Of a DNA stretch of 64,000 nt, positions 36,844 through 46,382 are shown in pieces; within the stretch, counting starts at the first letter, position 1; every line of letters begins with the position of its first letter. The DNA lies in assembly GCA_038255465.1 (NCBI GenBank), contig JBBSLJ010000003.1, positions 285-64,284 on the forward strand, read 5' to 3'. Made by a program: the position numbers and the translations under genes. Source of the DNA: Candidatus Saccharimonadales bacterium. Lineage in GTDB: Bacteria; Patescibacteriota; Saccharimonadia; Saccharimonadales; JACDFO01. The notes beneath the pieces are model-generated. The model ran no database searches. It had not been told where the DNA came from and saw only the letters and a list, made by a program, of their open reading frames with translations.

Positions 36844-37842
36844 ATGTCAGAACACTATCCAGCGAAATTAGACCAGTTATCAGAAAATGACCAGCTTTTT
36901 AATGAGATTGCTGGGCTCGAACATGTAGCGACATACCAAGTGCCCCGTACGCCAACTAACGTTACTATTGATAATAATCTCTTAAAGGGGTGCGCAGCTA
37001 ATGAGCAAGAAGGTGTATACCAGGATATAAAGGGTGTCATCCAGGCCGGTGACGAACTATTCGGTATTGTTGAGGCTGCCGTAGCGGGCCGTGAAGCATC
37101 ACCAGACTCAATTACTAAATTTATTCTTACCAGGTTCGGGCGTGATGGCAGGCGTGCTCAAATAGAAGGAGTTATGACGCCAGGCGAACCGCTAATGATC
37201 GGTCGTACCGCGGAGAACGGTATGAGAAGCGATGTATCGCGTTATCATTTTAAAGTTGGCGTAAACCGTAATGGCCATTTAGCAATTGAAGATCTTAATT
37301 CGGCGAATGGTACAAGATTGCAGGTTGCAACCAAACCGCCTATACCAGAGCTAGAGCCTAAAAATCCATTAGCTCAATATAGTCGATGGGCCCCTAAGTC
37401 GGCGGATGTGAAGTCGTTGCTAAGTGGTCAACCAGCACAACCAAAGACACCGCGAGGATTTAGCAGTCAGGGCGTTTCATTCGCCGCGCCGGCTTTAATT
37501 TCGGAAGTTCCCGGTATAAGCCAGTGGGCAAGGCCAGATACTGAAGCCGTGCCAGCTGTTCCGCAAGTGTCACCCGAACAAGCAGTCCAGCCGGACATAG
37601 AACTCATTTTAACTGCAAGGGCCGAATTAGTATTATCACTTAGTCAAGTGGATAAAGATAATCTTCAAAAATATGCTCAGGGCACTATCGATAAAAAACG
37701 CGCCCAAGACATCGGTGACGGCGAGTCTTCAATTTATTTTGGTCAACAGGCTGGACAGGGAATAAATGCGTTATCACCAGAAGCCAGAAAAGTAGCAAAT
37801 CACTATTTGCAATTAAGCCAACAGCTAGAGAAGATTCGCTAA
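36844..37842 (+). CDS. FHA domain-containing protein
   Basis: PLMIGRTAENGMRSDVSRYHFKV...AIEDLNSANGTRL is an FHA signature, followed by a Pro-rich linker and a helical C-terminus. I prefer the ATG at 36844 over the TTG at 36790. Confidence 0.65.
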   Translation: MSEHYPAKLDQLSENDQLFNEIAGLEHVATYQVPRTPTNVTIDNNLLKGCAANEQEGVYQDIKGVIQAGDELFGIVEAAVAGREASPDSITKFILTRFGRDGRRAQIEGVMTPGEPLMIGRTAENGMRSDVSRYHFKVGVNRNGHLAIEDLNSANGTRLQVATKPPIPELEPKNPLAQYSRWAPKSADVKSLLSGQPAQPKTPRGFSSQGVSFAAPALISEVPGISQWARPDTEAVPAVPQVSPEQAVQPDIELILTARAELVLSLSQVDKDNLQKYAQGTIDKKRAQDIGDGESSIYFGQQAGQGINALSPEARKVANHYLQLSQQLEKIR

Positions 37843-37846
37843 TATA

Positions 37847-38119
37847 TTATTCGACGGTTACTTCGGTGCGAGGGGCTGATTTGCCGGTAAAACGGCGGAC
37901 TTTGCGCTGCTTGAAAGTTACAATGCCGTCTTTTGCAGCATGAATAGTAAAGTTTCGGCTCATAAATGCACCAACACCAGCACGTTTGGTAGCGCCGACT
38001 TGTCGGATGATGACTTGACCGGTTTTAACTTTTTGACCACCAAAAATCTTTACACCAAGCCGTTGGCCGGGACTGTCATGTACGTTTTTACTGGATCCAC
38101 CTGCTTTAACTTTAGACAT
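37847..38119 (-). CDS. rpmA: 50S ribosomal protein L27
   Basis: MSKVKAGGSSKNVHDSPGQRLGVK is a canonical L27 N-terminus. No rplU lies upstream. Confidence 0.95.
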   Translation of the reverse strand: MSKVKAGGSSKNVHDSPGQRLGVKIFGGQKVKTGQVIIRQVGATKRAGVGAFMSRNFTIHAAKDGIVTFKQRKVRRFTGKSAPRTEVTVE

Positions 38120-38122
38120 TGC

Positions 38123-39295
38123 TTACTTCCTTATTAGTACTACTAGTTCACGGGCGACTATTTGATTTTCGCGGTGATAAATCAACTGGTCGTTTGAGGC
38201 GTGAACAAAACTTAGACGAGTATACCCCAAATCCTCGAGAGAATCAAGGGTTTTAAGGTGTTTAAAGCCGTTTTTGGTTTTCCAGGCCGGTACTGCAACG
38301 CAAAGCCGGAAACCGGGAGGAGTCTGATTAGCTAGATTACGCAAAAATTTTTTATGTATTGTGTCTACATCTTGCATAACGTCTGCCAGTACATCCGGCG
38401 AGGGTAGGGCAGAGAACGCTCGGCCAAGATACGTTTCGCCGGCAAGTGCCTCAAAAGGTTGCCACGCGTGCGACGTAGCATCGCCTGTCTCTAGCAAATA
38501 GATCACGCCCGCCACATCCTTACCGCTTGCCAGCCATTCCAGGTTGTCTTTGGAGTAATCAATCATCCGAGCCTCAATATCGCTGCCGTAAGCATTGTGA
38601 CCCATTAGGAGCGCTTCTTGCAGAACGACGCCGGTGCCACAAAAAGGATCGAGTACGGTGGCTTTTTCGGCGGGCTTAGCCAGGTTAATAATAATTTGAG
38701 CTAACTTTGGCGGCAGCATACCAACTTTGGCATCACGTTTAGGGCGGGCTTGATCTCGCGCAGCGTAGGCGCTGATATTTTGTACGGCTGTAGTTTGGGC
38801 TAGTGCGGTGCGGTCGCCGTCTCGAATCAATAACAGCTCCATACCAAGCGGCGCTTCTGCTAGTTTGTTATGCAGTACCTGTGCGGTGTTAAGCTCGCTA
38901 TCCTTGTTTGGGATGATCCGAATGCTGCGCCCCTCATTTTTGACTATTTTTTTAAGCGTCAGTGCACTTGCGTTTATGCGCGAAGGATTTATCGGTAAAC
39001 CGATTAGGCTTAGGCCAAAGCGAATTTTGCCAGGTGCTATGCAACAGACATGCTTTGGCAGTTCTTGGGCGATGTATTTTTCAAGCTGATACCAATCGGT
39101 ATATGGCAAGTAGGCCAGTAGCTTTGCAATGCGCGTGCTGCCGCCCAGTCGGTTAATGTTGATATCGCCAGGCTCAACATCAAGAACGGCTGCGCTGGCA
39201 CCGAGCCGTGTGATTTTATCGGCCCCAAACAGACTCTCGAGCTCTGTTATGCCCAGCGCTGGCTGACGTCCAAGAATTGCTATGCTTTGTGTCAT
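38123..39295 (-). CDS. putative RNA (guanine-N2) methyltransferase, Trm11/UPF0020-like
   Basis: MLPPKLAQIIINLA and VLDPFCGTGVVLQEALLMG (SAM motif I), with an N-terminal THUMP-like region. Confidence 0.55.
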   Translation of the reverse strand: MTQSIAILGRQPALGITELESLFGADKITRLGASAAVLDVEPGDININRLGGSTRIAKLLAYLPYTDWYQLEKYIAQELPKHVCCIAPGKIRFGLSLIGLPINPSRINASALTLKKIVKNEGRSIRIIPNKDSELNTAQVLHNKLAEAPLGMELLLIRDGDRTALAQTTAVQNISAYAARDQARPKRDAKVGMLPPKLAQIIINLAKPAEKATVLDPFCGTGVVLQEALLMGHNAYGSDIEARMIDYSKDNLEWLASGKDVAGVIYLLETGDATSHAWQPFEALAGETYLGRAFSALPSPDVLADVMQDVDTIHKKFLRNLANQTPPGFRLCVAVPAWKTKNGFKHLKTLDSLEDLGYTRLSFVHASNDQLIYHRENQIVARELVVLIRK

Positions 39296-39321
39296 ATCAC
39301 TTCAGTATATAATGAACTGAT

Positions 39322-40359
39322 ATGACTTCTGAAACCTCATTCTGGCGCCGGCACTGGCGGACTATCATAACGGCTATTACTTTTGCCGCGCTTGGCGGGT
39401 TGATGTATGCGCTGCGTGAGCAGATATTTAATACGTTTCGGAGCCTCGAGAACGTCAATCTGTTCATTTTACTGGCGATGCCAATGCTTCAATTTAGCCA
39501 TTATCATGTCGTAGCACTATTCTATCGACGGTTGTTTAGCATTTTAGATGAAACGGTGCGTTATAAATTTCTGTTTAAAACTGCGCTTGAATTAAATTTT
39601 GTTAATCTTGTGTTTCCGAGTGGTGGGGTCTCCGGATTCTCATATTTTAGCCTCCGAATGCGCACGAAAGGGGTTAGCGCAGGCAAGGCCTCGCTCGTTA
39701 TGACGATGCGTTTTGTGTTGCTGTTTATTTCGTTCCAAATATTTTTGGGGTTGGGGGTATTCTTGCTGGCGCTTGACGGCAAGGCTAATAATTTTATGAT
39801 TCTTATCGCCAGCTCGCTGGGAACACTCATGTTTGTCCTAACGGCTGGGCTAGCATTTGTCATCGGTAGCGAAAAACGCATAGACGGCTTTCTAACATTT
39901 GTCACAAAAGTAGTTAATAAAATAATCCAGATTGTACGGCCTAAGCACCCGGAAACAATTAATATAGTCGGGGCTCGAAAAGCCTTCAAGGAATACCATG
40001 CTAGCTATAAAATCTTGAGCAAGCAATACAAAAGACTTAAAAAACCGATGGTGTACGCACTACTTATTAATTTAACTGAGATTGCCACCGTTTACGTGGT
40101 TTTTGTGGCTTTTGGCCAGTGGATCAATCCTGGCGCCGTGATTATTGCCTATGCGGTTGCGAACTTTGCCGGTCTTATATCTGTCTTGCCGGGTGGCATC
40201 GGTATTTATGAAGCCCTGATGACCGGCGTATTGGCTGCCGGCGGGGTGCCGCCATCGTTAAGCCTGCCGATCATTGTGGCATACCGTGTGTTGAACATTG
40301 GTATTCAGCTGCCGGCCGGCGGGTACTTTTATAACCGCGCGGTTCACGAAAAAACATAA
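39322..40359 (+). CDS. UPF0104 / lysylphosphatidylglycerol-synthase-TM-like (flippase-like) membrane protein
   Basis: A protein of ~8 TM with the typical PGGIGIYEA motif near the C-terminus. Confidence 0.6.
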   Translation: MTSETSFWRRHWRTIITAITFAALGGLMYALREQIFNTFRSLENVNLFILLAMPMLQFSHYHVVALFYRRLFSILDETVRYKFLFKTALELNFVNLVFPSGGVSGFSYFSLRMRTKGVSAGKASLVMTMRFVLLFISFQIFLGLGVFLLALDGKANNFMILIASSLGTLMFVLTAGLAFVIGSEKRIDGFLTFVTKVVNKIIQIVRPKHPETINIVGARKAFKEYHASYKILSKQYKRLKKPMVYALLINLTEIATVYVVFVAFGQWINPGAVIIAYAVANFAGLISVLPGGIGIYEALMTGVLAAGGVPPSLSLPIIVAYRVLNIGIQLPAGGYFYNRAVHEKT

Positions 40360-40361
40360 GT

Positions 40362-41462
40362 ATGGAAGATGTAGTTTTATCGGTATCGGATTTCGTAGGG
40401 CTGCTTAACCAGACGTTGGAGTTTGCATACCCGGTTGTTATGGTGCAGGGTGAACTGGCCAACTTTCGGGTTAGCAAAAACAAATGGGTTTACTTTGATT
40501 TAAAAGACGAACATTCGTCTGTTAAGTTCTTTGGAACGATCTACAGTCTGCCCGGACCGCTTGAAGACGGCATGTTGTTGCAGGTGCGCGGTAATCCTCG
40601 ACTTCATAATTTGTATGGTTTTAGTATTAACGTGCAGACTATGCAGCCAGTTGGCAAGGGCTCTATTAAAAAGGCTGCCGCTTTGCTGGAGACTAAACTA
40701 GCCGCCGAAGGTCTGTTTGCAGCTGAGCGTAAGCGCCCGCTCCCGTATCCACCCGCCAAAATTGGTCTTATTGCTTCGCGTGAATCAGCGGCTTATCATG
40801 ACTTTATTAAAATCTTGAATGAACGGTGGGGCGGGGTAGAGATCTTGCTAGCGGACGTGCAGGTGCAGGGTGATTTGGCTCCTGGGCAAATTGTCCGGGC
40901 ACTTGAACATTTGAACACGCATGAGGATGTAGACGCGATAGTAATTACGCGCGGGGGCGGCAGTGCCGATGACCTGGGCGCATTTAGCACCGAACAGGTA
41001 ACCCGTGCAGTTGCCGGCAGTCGTACGCCAACTATCGTGGCCATTGGGCATGAAATTGATGTAAGTCTGGCAGAACTTGCAGCCGATCAACGCGCAAGCA
41101 CACCATCTAACGCCGCACAGCTGCTCGTGCCGGATAAAAAGCATAGTTTGGAACAACTAGCAGCTAGCAAAAAATTATTAAGCCAGCTTTTAAGCCAGAT
41201 TGTTGTTGATGCCAAGAGTTTACTTGAACAAAATGCAGAAAAATTACACGCACACATTACTGTGCTTATTGAAGAGCGTAAGCGGCGACTTCAGCTGTGC
41301 TATCAGGTAATTGAAGCTTTTAACCCCACGGCTGCCCTCAAACGGGGTTACGCAATTATACGGAGCGATACAAAGCTAATTCGTAGCGCAAAAGACACAA
41401 AAGCCGGTGACAAGCTTACGATACAGCTGTCAGATGGTACTATACATGCGGTAACGGAGTAG
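40362..41462 (+). CDS. xseA: exodeoxyribonuclease VII large subunit
   Basis: OB-fold N-terminus (VSDFVGLLNQTLE...VQGELANF) and ITRGGGSADDL. Confidence 0.9.
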   Translation: MEDVVLSVSDFVGLLNQTLEFAYPVVMVQGELANFRVSKNKWVYFDLKDEHSSVKFFGTIYSLPGPLEDGMLLQVRGNPRLHNLYGFSINVQTMQPVGKGSIKKAAALLETKLAAEGLFAAERKRPLPYPPAKIGLIASRESAAYHDFIKILNERWGGVEILLADVQVQGDLAPGQIVRALEHLNTHEDVDAIVITRGGGSADDLGAFSTEQVTRAVAGSRTPTIVAIGHEIDVSLAELAADQRASTPSNAAQLLVPDKKHSLEQLAASKKLLSQLLSQIVVDAKSLLEQNAEKLHAHITVLIEERKRRLQLCYQVIEAFNPTAALKRGYAIIRSDTKLIRSAKDTKAGDKLTIQLSDGTIHAVTE

Positions 41463-41465
41463 ATT

Positions 41466-41663
41466 ATGACAAGTAAAAAAACGGATTATACAGCATTACA
41501 TACTGAGCTTGATGACGTGATTGAGGCCCTGCAGTCCAGCGACCTTGACGTTGACGAAGCGGTCAAACTGTATGAACGCGGTACCGCAATAGTTAAAGAA
41601 CTTGAAACGTATTTAAACGAGGCAGAGAACAAAGTAACAAAAATTAAAACCGACTTTTCGTGA
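41466..41663 (+). CDS. xseB: exodeoxyribonuclease VII small subunit
   Basis: The 65-aa helical protein (LDEAVKLYERGTAIVKELETYL) lies directly after xseA. Confidence 0.85.
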   Translation: MTSKKTDYTALHTELDDVIEALQSSDLDVDEAVKLYERGTAIVKELETYLNEAENKVTKIKTDFS

Positions 41664-42163
41664 TTATTGTTTTTGTAGTGTTCGCTAGTCTGACTGTTTT
41701 ATTTGGTTTTGTGGTGCTGTTTGGGGCGCCATATCTGCCAACCCTGCGCAAGCAGACTGAAATTGCATTGGATTTACTTGAGGTTAAAAAAGGAATGAAA
41801 ATTCTTGAGCTTGGTAGCGGGGATGGTAGTGTGGCGTTGGCTGCAGCCAAGCGGGGAGCTATCGTTACCGGATATGAGCTTAATCCGATCTTAGTGATTG
41901 TAAGCCGCATGAGATGCTGGCAATATCGCAAACAAGTTAGTATTCATTGGGGCAACTTCTGGCACGCCGATTGGCCTGCAACAGATGGAATATTCGTATT
42001 TTTATTAGACAAATATATGAACAAATTGGACAATAATATTATTCAAAAATATAGCGGCAAAAACACAAGACTAGTCAGTTTTGCGTTTAAAATACCGAAC
42101 AAAAAACCTCTAAAAACTAGAGGCGGTATGTTTCTGTACGACTATAACTTACTATCCAAGTAG
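41660..42163 (+). CDS. class I SAM-dependent methyltransferase with N-terminal TM
   Basis: ILELGSGDGSVALAAAKRGAIVTGYELNP (motif I plus the post-I acidic residue). GTG start. Confidence 0.6.
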   Translation: MIIVFVVFASLTVLFGFVVLFGAPYLPTLRKQTEIALDLLEVKKGMKILELGSGDGSVALAAAKRGAIVTGYELNPILVIVSRMRCWQYRKQVSIHWGNFWHADWPATDGIFVFLLDKYMNKLDNNIIQKYSGKNTRLVSFAFKIPNKKPLKTRGGMFLYDYNLLSK

Positions 42164-42555
42164 TCTTTAAGCCGATTTTTAAGGTCAGGCACAAAGTTGG
42201 GGTGAGCCAGAATTTCCGTCGTGCTCATGAGCTTCCAATCCTGACCTTCGTTAGTAAAGGCTATGACTAAAATTTGCTTGTTGGTGATAGGTGCGACCAT
42301 AAAATATGAAGGTGCGTCAGGATACTTGGCTGAAGGGTAGTGTTTTTTCCAGATAATGCTTTTGGCGCTGATTTTGATTGATAGTTCTTCACTTGTCTCT
42401 CTTATGGCGCAGGCTTCAGGCGATTCATTGTCCTCTCTGCCACCTCCTGGAAAATCCCAATATCCAGCAAAATCGAGCCCGGGTTTATCGTCTCTCAAAA
42501 TAACCACTGCCTGGTCTCCACATAGTAAAACTATTTTTACACCATTGAATTCCAT
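42142..42555 (-). CDS. NUDIX hydrolase
   Basis: Nudix box GGGREDNESPEACAIRETSEELSI. Confidence 0.85.
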   Translation of the reverse strand: MEFNGVKIVLLCGDQAVVILRDDKPGLDFAGYWDFPGGGREDNESPEACAIRETSEELSIKISAKSIIWKKHYPSAKYPDAPSYFMVAPITNKQILVIAFTNEGQDWKLMSTTEILAHPNFVPDLKNRLKDYLDSKL

Positions 42556-42601
42556 AGTATTAGACTACCAACAACAGAAATCTCATGCTACCATAACCGT
42601 T

Positions 42602-43312
42602 ATGGATCCTAACCAGCCGCAAGGCATGCAGCAATTTCAACAGCCTCAGACCGCTGCTCAGCTGAAAAGGCGTACACCACTGTGGATGATTATTACGCTT
42701 GTACTATTTGTTTTGTTGTTTTTTGGGGCAAGCGGCTTCGGCATTTGGGCGTTTATGGAACGTGGCAAGTTTAAAAATGACACTGATAAAATTGTTGCCA
42801 AAGAAGTTGCTTTAACGGAAAAACGGGTATCGACAGCTAAGGATGCAGAATTTGTCGAGGCAGAGAAGCGACCCACAAAGGGCTACAAAGGTCCTGCAAC
42901 GTTTGGAAGTGTTGAGCTGGAGTATCCTAAAACATGGGCGGCTTTTATTACTGAATCTGATAAAACCAGCACTCCAATAGATGGTTACTTACATCCGGAT
43001 TATGTCCCTGGCGTAAAGTCGGGCACATCCTTTGCTTTAAGAATTGAGCTTGAGCAGAAAAGTTATGACAACGAGCTGAAGAATCTGGATAGTAAGGTAC
43101 GTTCAGGCAAAATATCCGTTACACCATTTAGGGCAGACAAGGTTCCTCATATTTTAGGTGCACGCATTCAGGGCGAGATCAATCAGGGGCAAAAAAACCT
43201 TATGGTGATGTTCCCAATCCGCGATAAAACACTAAAAATCTCAACTCAATCAGAAATATTTTTTAAAGATTTTGACGCTATAATTCTTAAAACTCTAACG
43301 TTTGCCCCTTAG
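42602..43312 (+). CDS. hypothetical single-pass membrane protein
   Basis: Q/P-rich N-terminus, TM (LWMIITLVLFVLLFFGASGFGIWAF) and an extracytoplasmic domain. I chose the start at 42602 (MDPNQ) to avoid an antisense overlap with the NUDIX gene. Confidence 0.5.
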   Translation: MDPNQPQGMQQFQQPQTAAQLKRRTPLWMIITLVLFVLLFFGASGFGIWAFMERGKFKNDTDKIVAKEVALTEKRVSTAKDAEFVEAEKRPTKGYKGPATFGSVELEYPKTWAAFITESDKTSTPIDGYLHPDYVPGVKSGTSFALRIELEQKSYDNELKNLDSKVRSGKISVTPFRADKVPHILGARIQGEINQGQKNLMVMFPIRDKTLKISTQSEIFFKDFDAIILKTLTFAP

Positions 43313-43357
43313 CAAGCCCGGCTGTATACTGAACGGTAAGAAGGAGGTAACGGCTTT

Positions 43358-44032
43358 TTGGGTGTTTGGGATGATGATCGGTATCGTTTGCTTGCAGGAT
43401 TGGCTGAAGAGCTAAAGCTGCCGTTGCTACAAATTGCCCGCATTAGTGAGCTTGAAAATAATCAGGCAATTACACATACGGCTGAAATGGCCCTAAAACT
43501 GATTGACGGTTATGTACTTGGCATACCGACCACAGAGCAGACTGCGCTCAGACTTGAACCAATTGCGATATCGTCAGTTCTTTATGATGCAGCTGAGGCT
43601 CTCAGGCCCTTAGCCAAACAGAACGGCTGTGAAATCAGGGTTTCAATCGGTGCTAAAATGCCGCCCGTGATGGGAGATCGGCGTTTACTTGAGCAAGCAT
43701 TTACAATTCTTGGGTATGAACTTTTACGCGCTATTACCGATGAATCGAAACCAGTGGTAACGTTTGCCATGCACCGCCGTAAATCGCATATTACAGCAGG
43801 CATATTTACTGATAATCCTGGTCTCACAACCGATGCGTATCGTCGGGCAGGAGCACTCATGGGCTTGGCTCGTCAAACGCTTCCAGGTGGTTCGTCATCA
43901 AACGGGGCAGGTATTTTCATCGCCGACAGTTTGCTGGCGGGAATGGCCAGCTCATTTAAAATCGCCAGATACAATAAGCAGGTTGGCTTAGCTGCCAGCT
44001 TGCTGCCAAGCACTCAGATGCAACTGGTCTAG
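43358..44032 (+). CDS. degenerate histidine-kinase-like protein (HisKA/HATPase-like, His replaced by Glu)
   Basis: LLAGLAEELKLPLLQI resembles the H-box but has Glu17 at the His position. It also has a G1-like TDNPGL and a G2-like GAGIFIADSLL. There is no TM or sensor domain. TTG start. Confidence 0.45.
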   Translation: MGVWDDDRYRLLAGLAEELKLPLLQIARISELENNQAITHTAEMALKLIDGYVLGIPTTEQTALRLEPIAISSVLYDAAEALRPLAKQNGCEIRVSIGAKMPPVMGDRRLLEQAFTILGYELLRAITDESKPVVTFAMHRRKSHITAGIFTDNPGLTTDAYRRAGALMGLARQTLPGGSSSNGAGIFIADSLLAGMASSFKIARYNKQVGLAASLLPSTQMQLV

Positions 44033-44036
44033 TGCC

Positions 44037-44420
44037 ATGAAGCATGTACTCATAATTGAGCCGGACAGCTCGCTACGTAAAACGTACAGTACGGCTTTAG
44101 AAAAAGCCGGCTTTTCAGTAGCTGGAACGGCCGACGCACAAAAGGCTATAGGCTTATGCGAAACCCGAGCGCCTGATGTAATAGTTCTGGAACTTCAGTT
44201 GCGGGCGCATAGCGGCGTTGAATTTTTGCATGAGCTTCGTTCGTATACTGAATGGCAGTCTATCCCCGTTATTTTACACACGTTCGTACCTTTTACGCAG
44301 TTGGCGGGCTTTAAGAATGCATTTAAAACGCTGAAGATTACGGACTATGCTTTTAAGCCCGAAACATCACTTAAGAAGCTTGTAGCTTTGGTTGAAGACG
44401 GCGTACTTGTAAAATTGTGA
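44037..44420 (+). CDS. receiver-domain protein with Glu at the phospho-acceptor position (pseudo-receiver)
   Basis: CheY-like fold pattern. DVIVLELQL has Glu52 where Asp is expected. The Thr (ILHTF) and Lys (AFKPE) positions are kept. Confidence 0.6.
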   Translation: MKHVLIIEPDSSLRKTYSTALEKAGFSVAGTADAQKAIGLCETRAPDVIVLELQLRAHSGVEFLHELRSYTEWQSIPVILHTFVPFTQLAGFKNAFKTLKITDYAFKPETSLKKLVALVEDGVLVKL

Positions 44421-45112
44421 GAACACAAATCGTTACAACTGGGATGGTGTTGGCACGAACCGACTTCCAGGAAGCCGACCGCATACTGACTATCCTTACA
44501 CCCGATCACGGCAAGCTGCGTGCTATTGCAAAAGGGGTTAGGCGGCCACGATCAAAATTAGCCGGAGGTATCGAACTTTTTAGTGTTAGCGATCTGACAG
44601 TACTGCCTGGTCGGGGAGAATTAGGAATGCTTATTTCAAGCCGACTGCTAATACATTTTGGAAACATCGTAAAAGACATCAACCGCACTATGCTTGGCTA
44701 TGAACTGCTTAAACGGATGAATAGACTGACAGAAGATGCAGCGGGCCAAGAATACTTTAATCTGCTCCGTGCGGCTTTTCGGGGACTTGATGACCTTGAG
44801 CTTTCGTATGAGCTTGTTGAACTTTGGTTTACCATGCAACTGCTCAAAATTACCGGCCATACACCAAATTTAAGGACGGATGACAAGGACAATAAATTAT
44901 TAGTTGATCAAACATATGTTTTTAATTTTGACGATATGGCGTTTCAACAGCAGCCAGAAGGACCGTTTAATGCCAATCACATTAAGCTGCTCAGGCTTGG
45001 CTATGGGACGGAGTCGCCTGAGGTACTTAAGCAGGTCACAGACGCCAGTACAGACGCTCCGGTTGCAGCAAAGCTTGCCAAAAATATGCTAGAGCTTCAC
45101 GTCCGAATTTAA
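44417..45112 (+). CDS. recO: DNA repair protein RecO
   Basis: GMVLARTDFQEADRILTILTPDHGKLRAIAKGVRRPRSKLAG is a RecO OB-fold signature. GTG start overlapping the upstream stop. Confidence 0.85.
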   Translation: MRTQIVTTGMVLARTDFQEADRILTILTPDHGKLRAIAKGVRRPRSKLAGGIELFSVSDLTVLPGRGELGMLISSRLLIHFGNIVKDINRTMLGYELLKRMNRLTEDAAGQEYFNLLRAAFRGLDDLELSYELVELWFTMQLLKITGHTPNLRTDDKDNKLLVDQTYVFNFDDMAFQQQPEGPFNANHIKLLRLGYGTESPEVLKQVTDASTDAPVAAKLAKNMLELHVRI

Positions 45113-45161
45113 GGAGGAAACAAAAATTGCTGTATCAAAGTATTTATCGTATAATAGGTTT

Positions 45162-45752
45162 ATGTCTTTTGAAGATCTCCTAATTTTGCCTGATGTACAC
45201 CATGAACGCAGGGCACAACGTGCTGTGGTTCGAGACAGAATATTGCTGAATATGGATGAAGTACTGCAGCGAGTAAAAGCTGACGAATGTATTCGAACGT
45301 CATCAATACCCATGAAGAATGGACGACCAGGGATGGGTATTAAAGGTCACGAGGGAGTACACGAAGAAGAAGGGTGCATTATTAACATCCGTCGGTACCC
45401 TACGCTAGGTAGAGCATCTATCTGGCTAACTCGTCCTGACCAGTTGCCGGTCAGCAGGCCGTTAGGCATAAGTTGCGATTTCGGTGTGGCTGATGGACGG
45501 CAGGGTGATTCGTATGCCGCGTTGCTCGTGGAGCTTGATCAAAAAAAAGAGGTGCCAGCTCGATTATTTGGCATAACGGCATGTAGCTCACTAATGTCGC
45601 TTATCCACGATCCTGCCCCCGGTGACTCAAGAAATTATCCTGCGGAATCATTCGCCGCTGCGTGTATCAGTGCGTGCAATAAAGAATCTAATATGTTAAG
45701 GCCTGGTTCATGCGATTTGCCAGATAGTCAGTCATTGCTAATAGCCCATTAG
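45162..45752 (+). CDS. hypothetical protein, tandem paralog A (196 aa)
   Basis: Shares DSYAALLVELDQKKEV / YPAESFAAACISAC with the next gene. It has a good promoter, TTGCTG-17-TATAAT, ending 6 nt before the ATG. Confidence 0.55.
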   Translation: MSFEDLLILPDVHHERRAQRAVVRDRILLNMDEVLQRVKADECIRTSSIPMKNGRPGMGIKGHEGVHEEEGCIINIRRYPTLGRASIWLTRPDQLPVSRPLGISCDFGVADGRQGDSYAALLVELDQKKEVPARLFGITACSSLMSLIHDPAPGDSRNYPAESFAAACISACNKESNMLRPGSCDLPDSQSLLIAH

Positions 45753-45768
45753 TTATTCTATATTACTC

Positions 45769-46356
45769 ATGAACGATAACCACACAAATAACGAAGCTGC
45801 CGATATGGGAATACCCCGACTACCGGTTTTGCGCCAGCGGCATGGTCATTGGCATAATGAGGTGGGAAGGTTGTTGGCGAGATACGAGACGTATGCCATA
45901 CAACGTCCGGGTTCTAATATTCCCGTGATTGAGCATAACCGGCCGGCCGTAGAATTACAAAAGGATAGACAATCATATCTGCAGCCAGGGTTGATTCAGC
46001 TACTCAAATCAGGCAAGAACGGTGGGCTTGTTGTCTGGCTATCATTAGAAGGGAAGCAAATTGCTCGGCCTAAATCACCCATCCAGGAATATGGTTTTAA
46101 GGCAGAAGAACCAGATGATATGTATGATGCTCTGCTTGTTGAACTGGCCGGTCACCAGGCGGTCTTGCAAGGAGTACGCGGTGAAACCACGACTGATTTG
46201 TTTATGGACCCAGAGGATAGTTATGGGTTACCGCCGGTTGAAGCATTTGCACGGGCCTGTATTTTTACCTGCATGCTGCCGTCAGAAAAAATAGTCCGTG
46301 GTTGTACGCCATTGCTACAACGGCTTGTATCTTTACAAGAAGATAGCCCCAAATAA
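45769..46356 (+). CDS. hypothetical protein, tandem paralog B (195 aa)
   Basis: DMYDALLVELAGHQAV / LPPVEAFARACIFTC match paralog A. Both are the same length. Confidence 0.55.
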   Translation: MNDNHTNNEAADMGIPRLPVLRQRHGHWHNEVGRLLARYETYAIQRPGSNIPVIEHNRPAVELQKDRQSYLQPGLIQLLKSGKNGGLVVWLSLEGKQIARPKSPIQEYGFKAEEPDDMYDALLVELAGHQAVLQGVRGETTTDLFMDPEDSYGLPPVEAFARACIFTCMLPSEKIVRGCTPLLQRLVSLQEDSPK

Positions 46357-46382
46357 TATTTTGAAGTATAATCACCTCTATT

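Noticed and set aside
42356-42601. N-terminal 82-aa extension of the 42356-43312 ORF
   Set aside because: It overlaps the NUDIX gene antisense and has low-complexity Ser/Leu content. The internal ATG at 42602 is the more plausible start.
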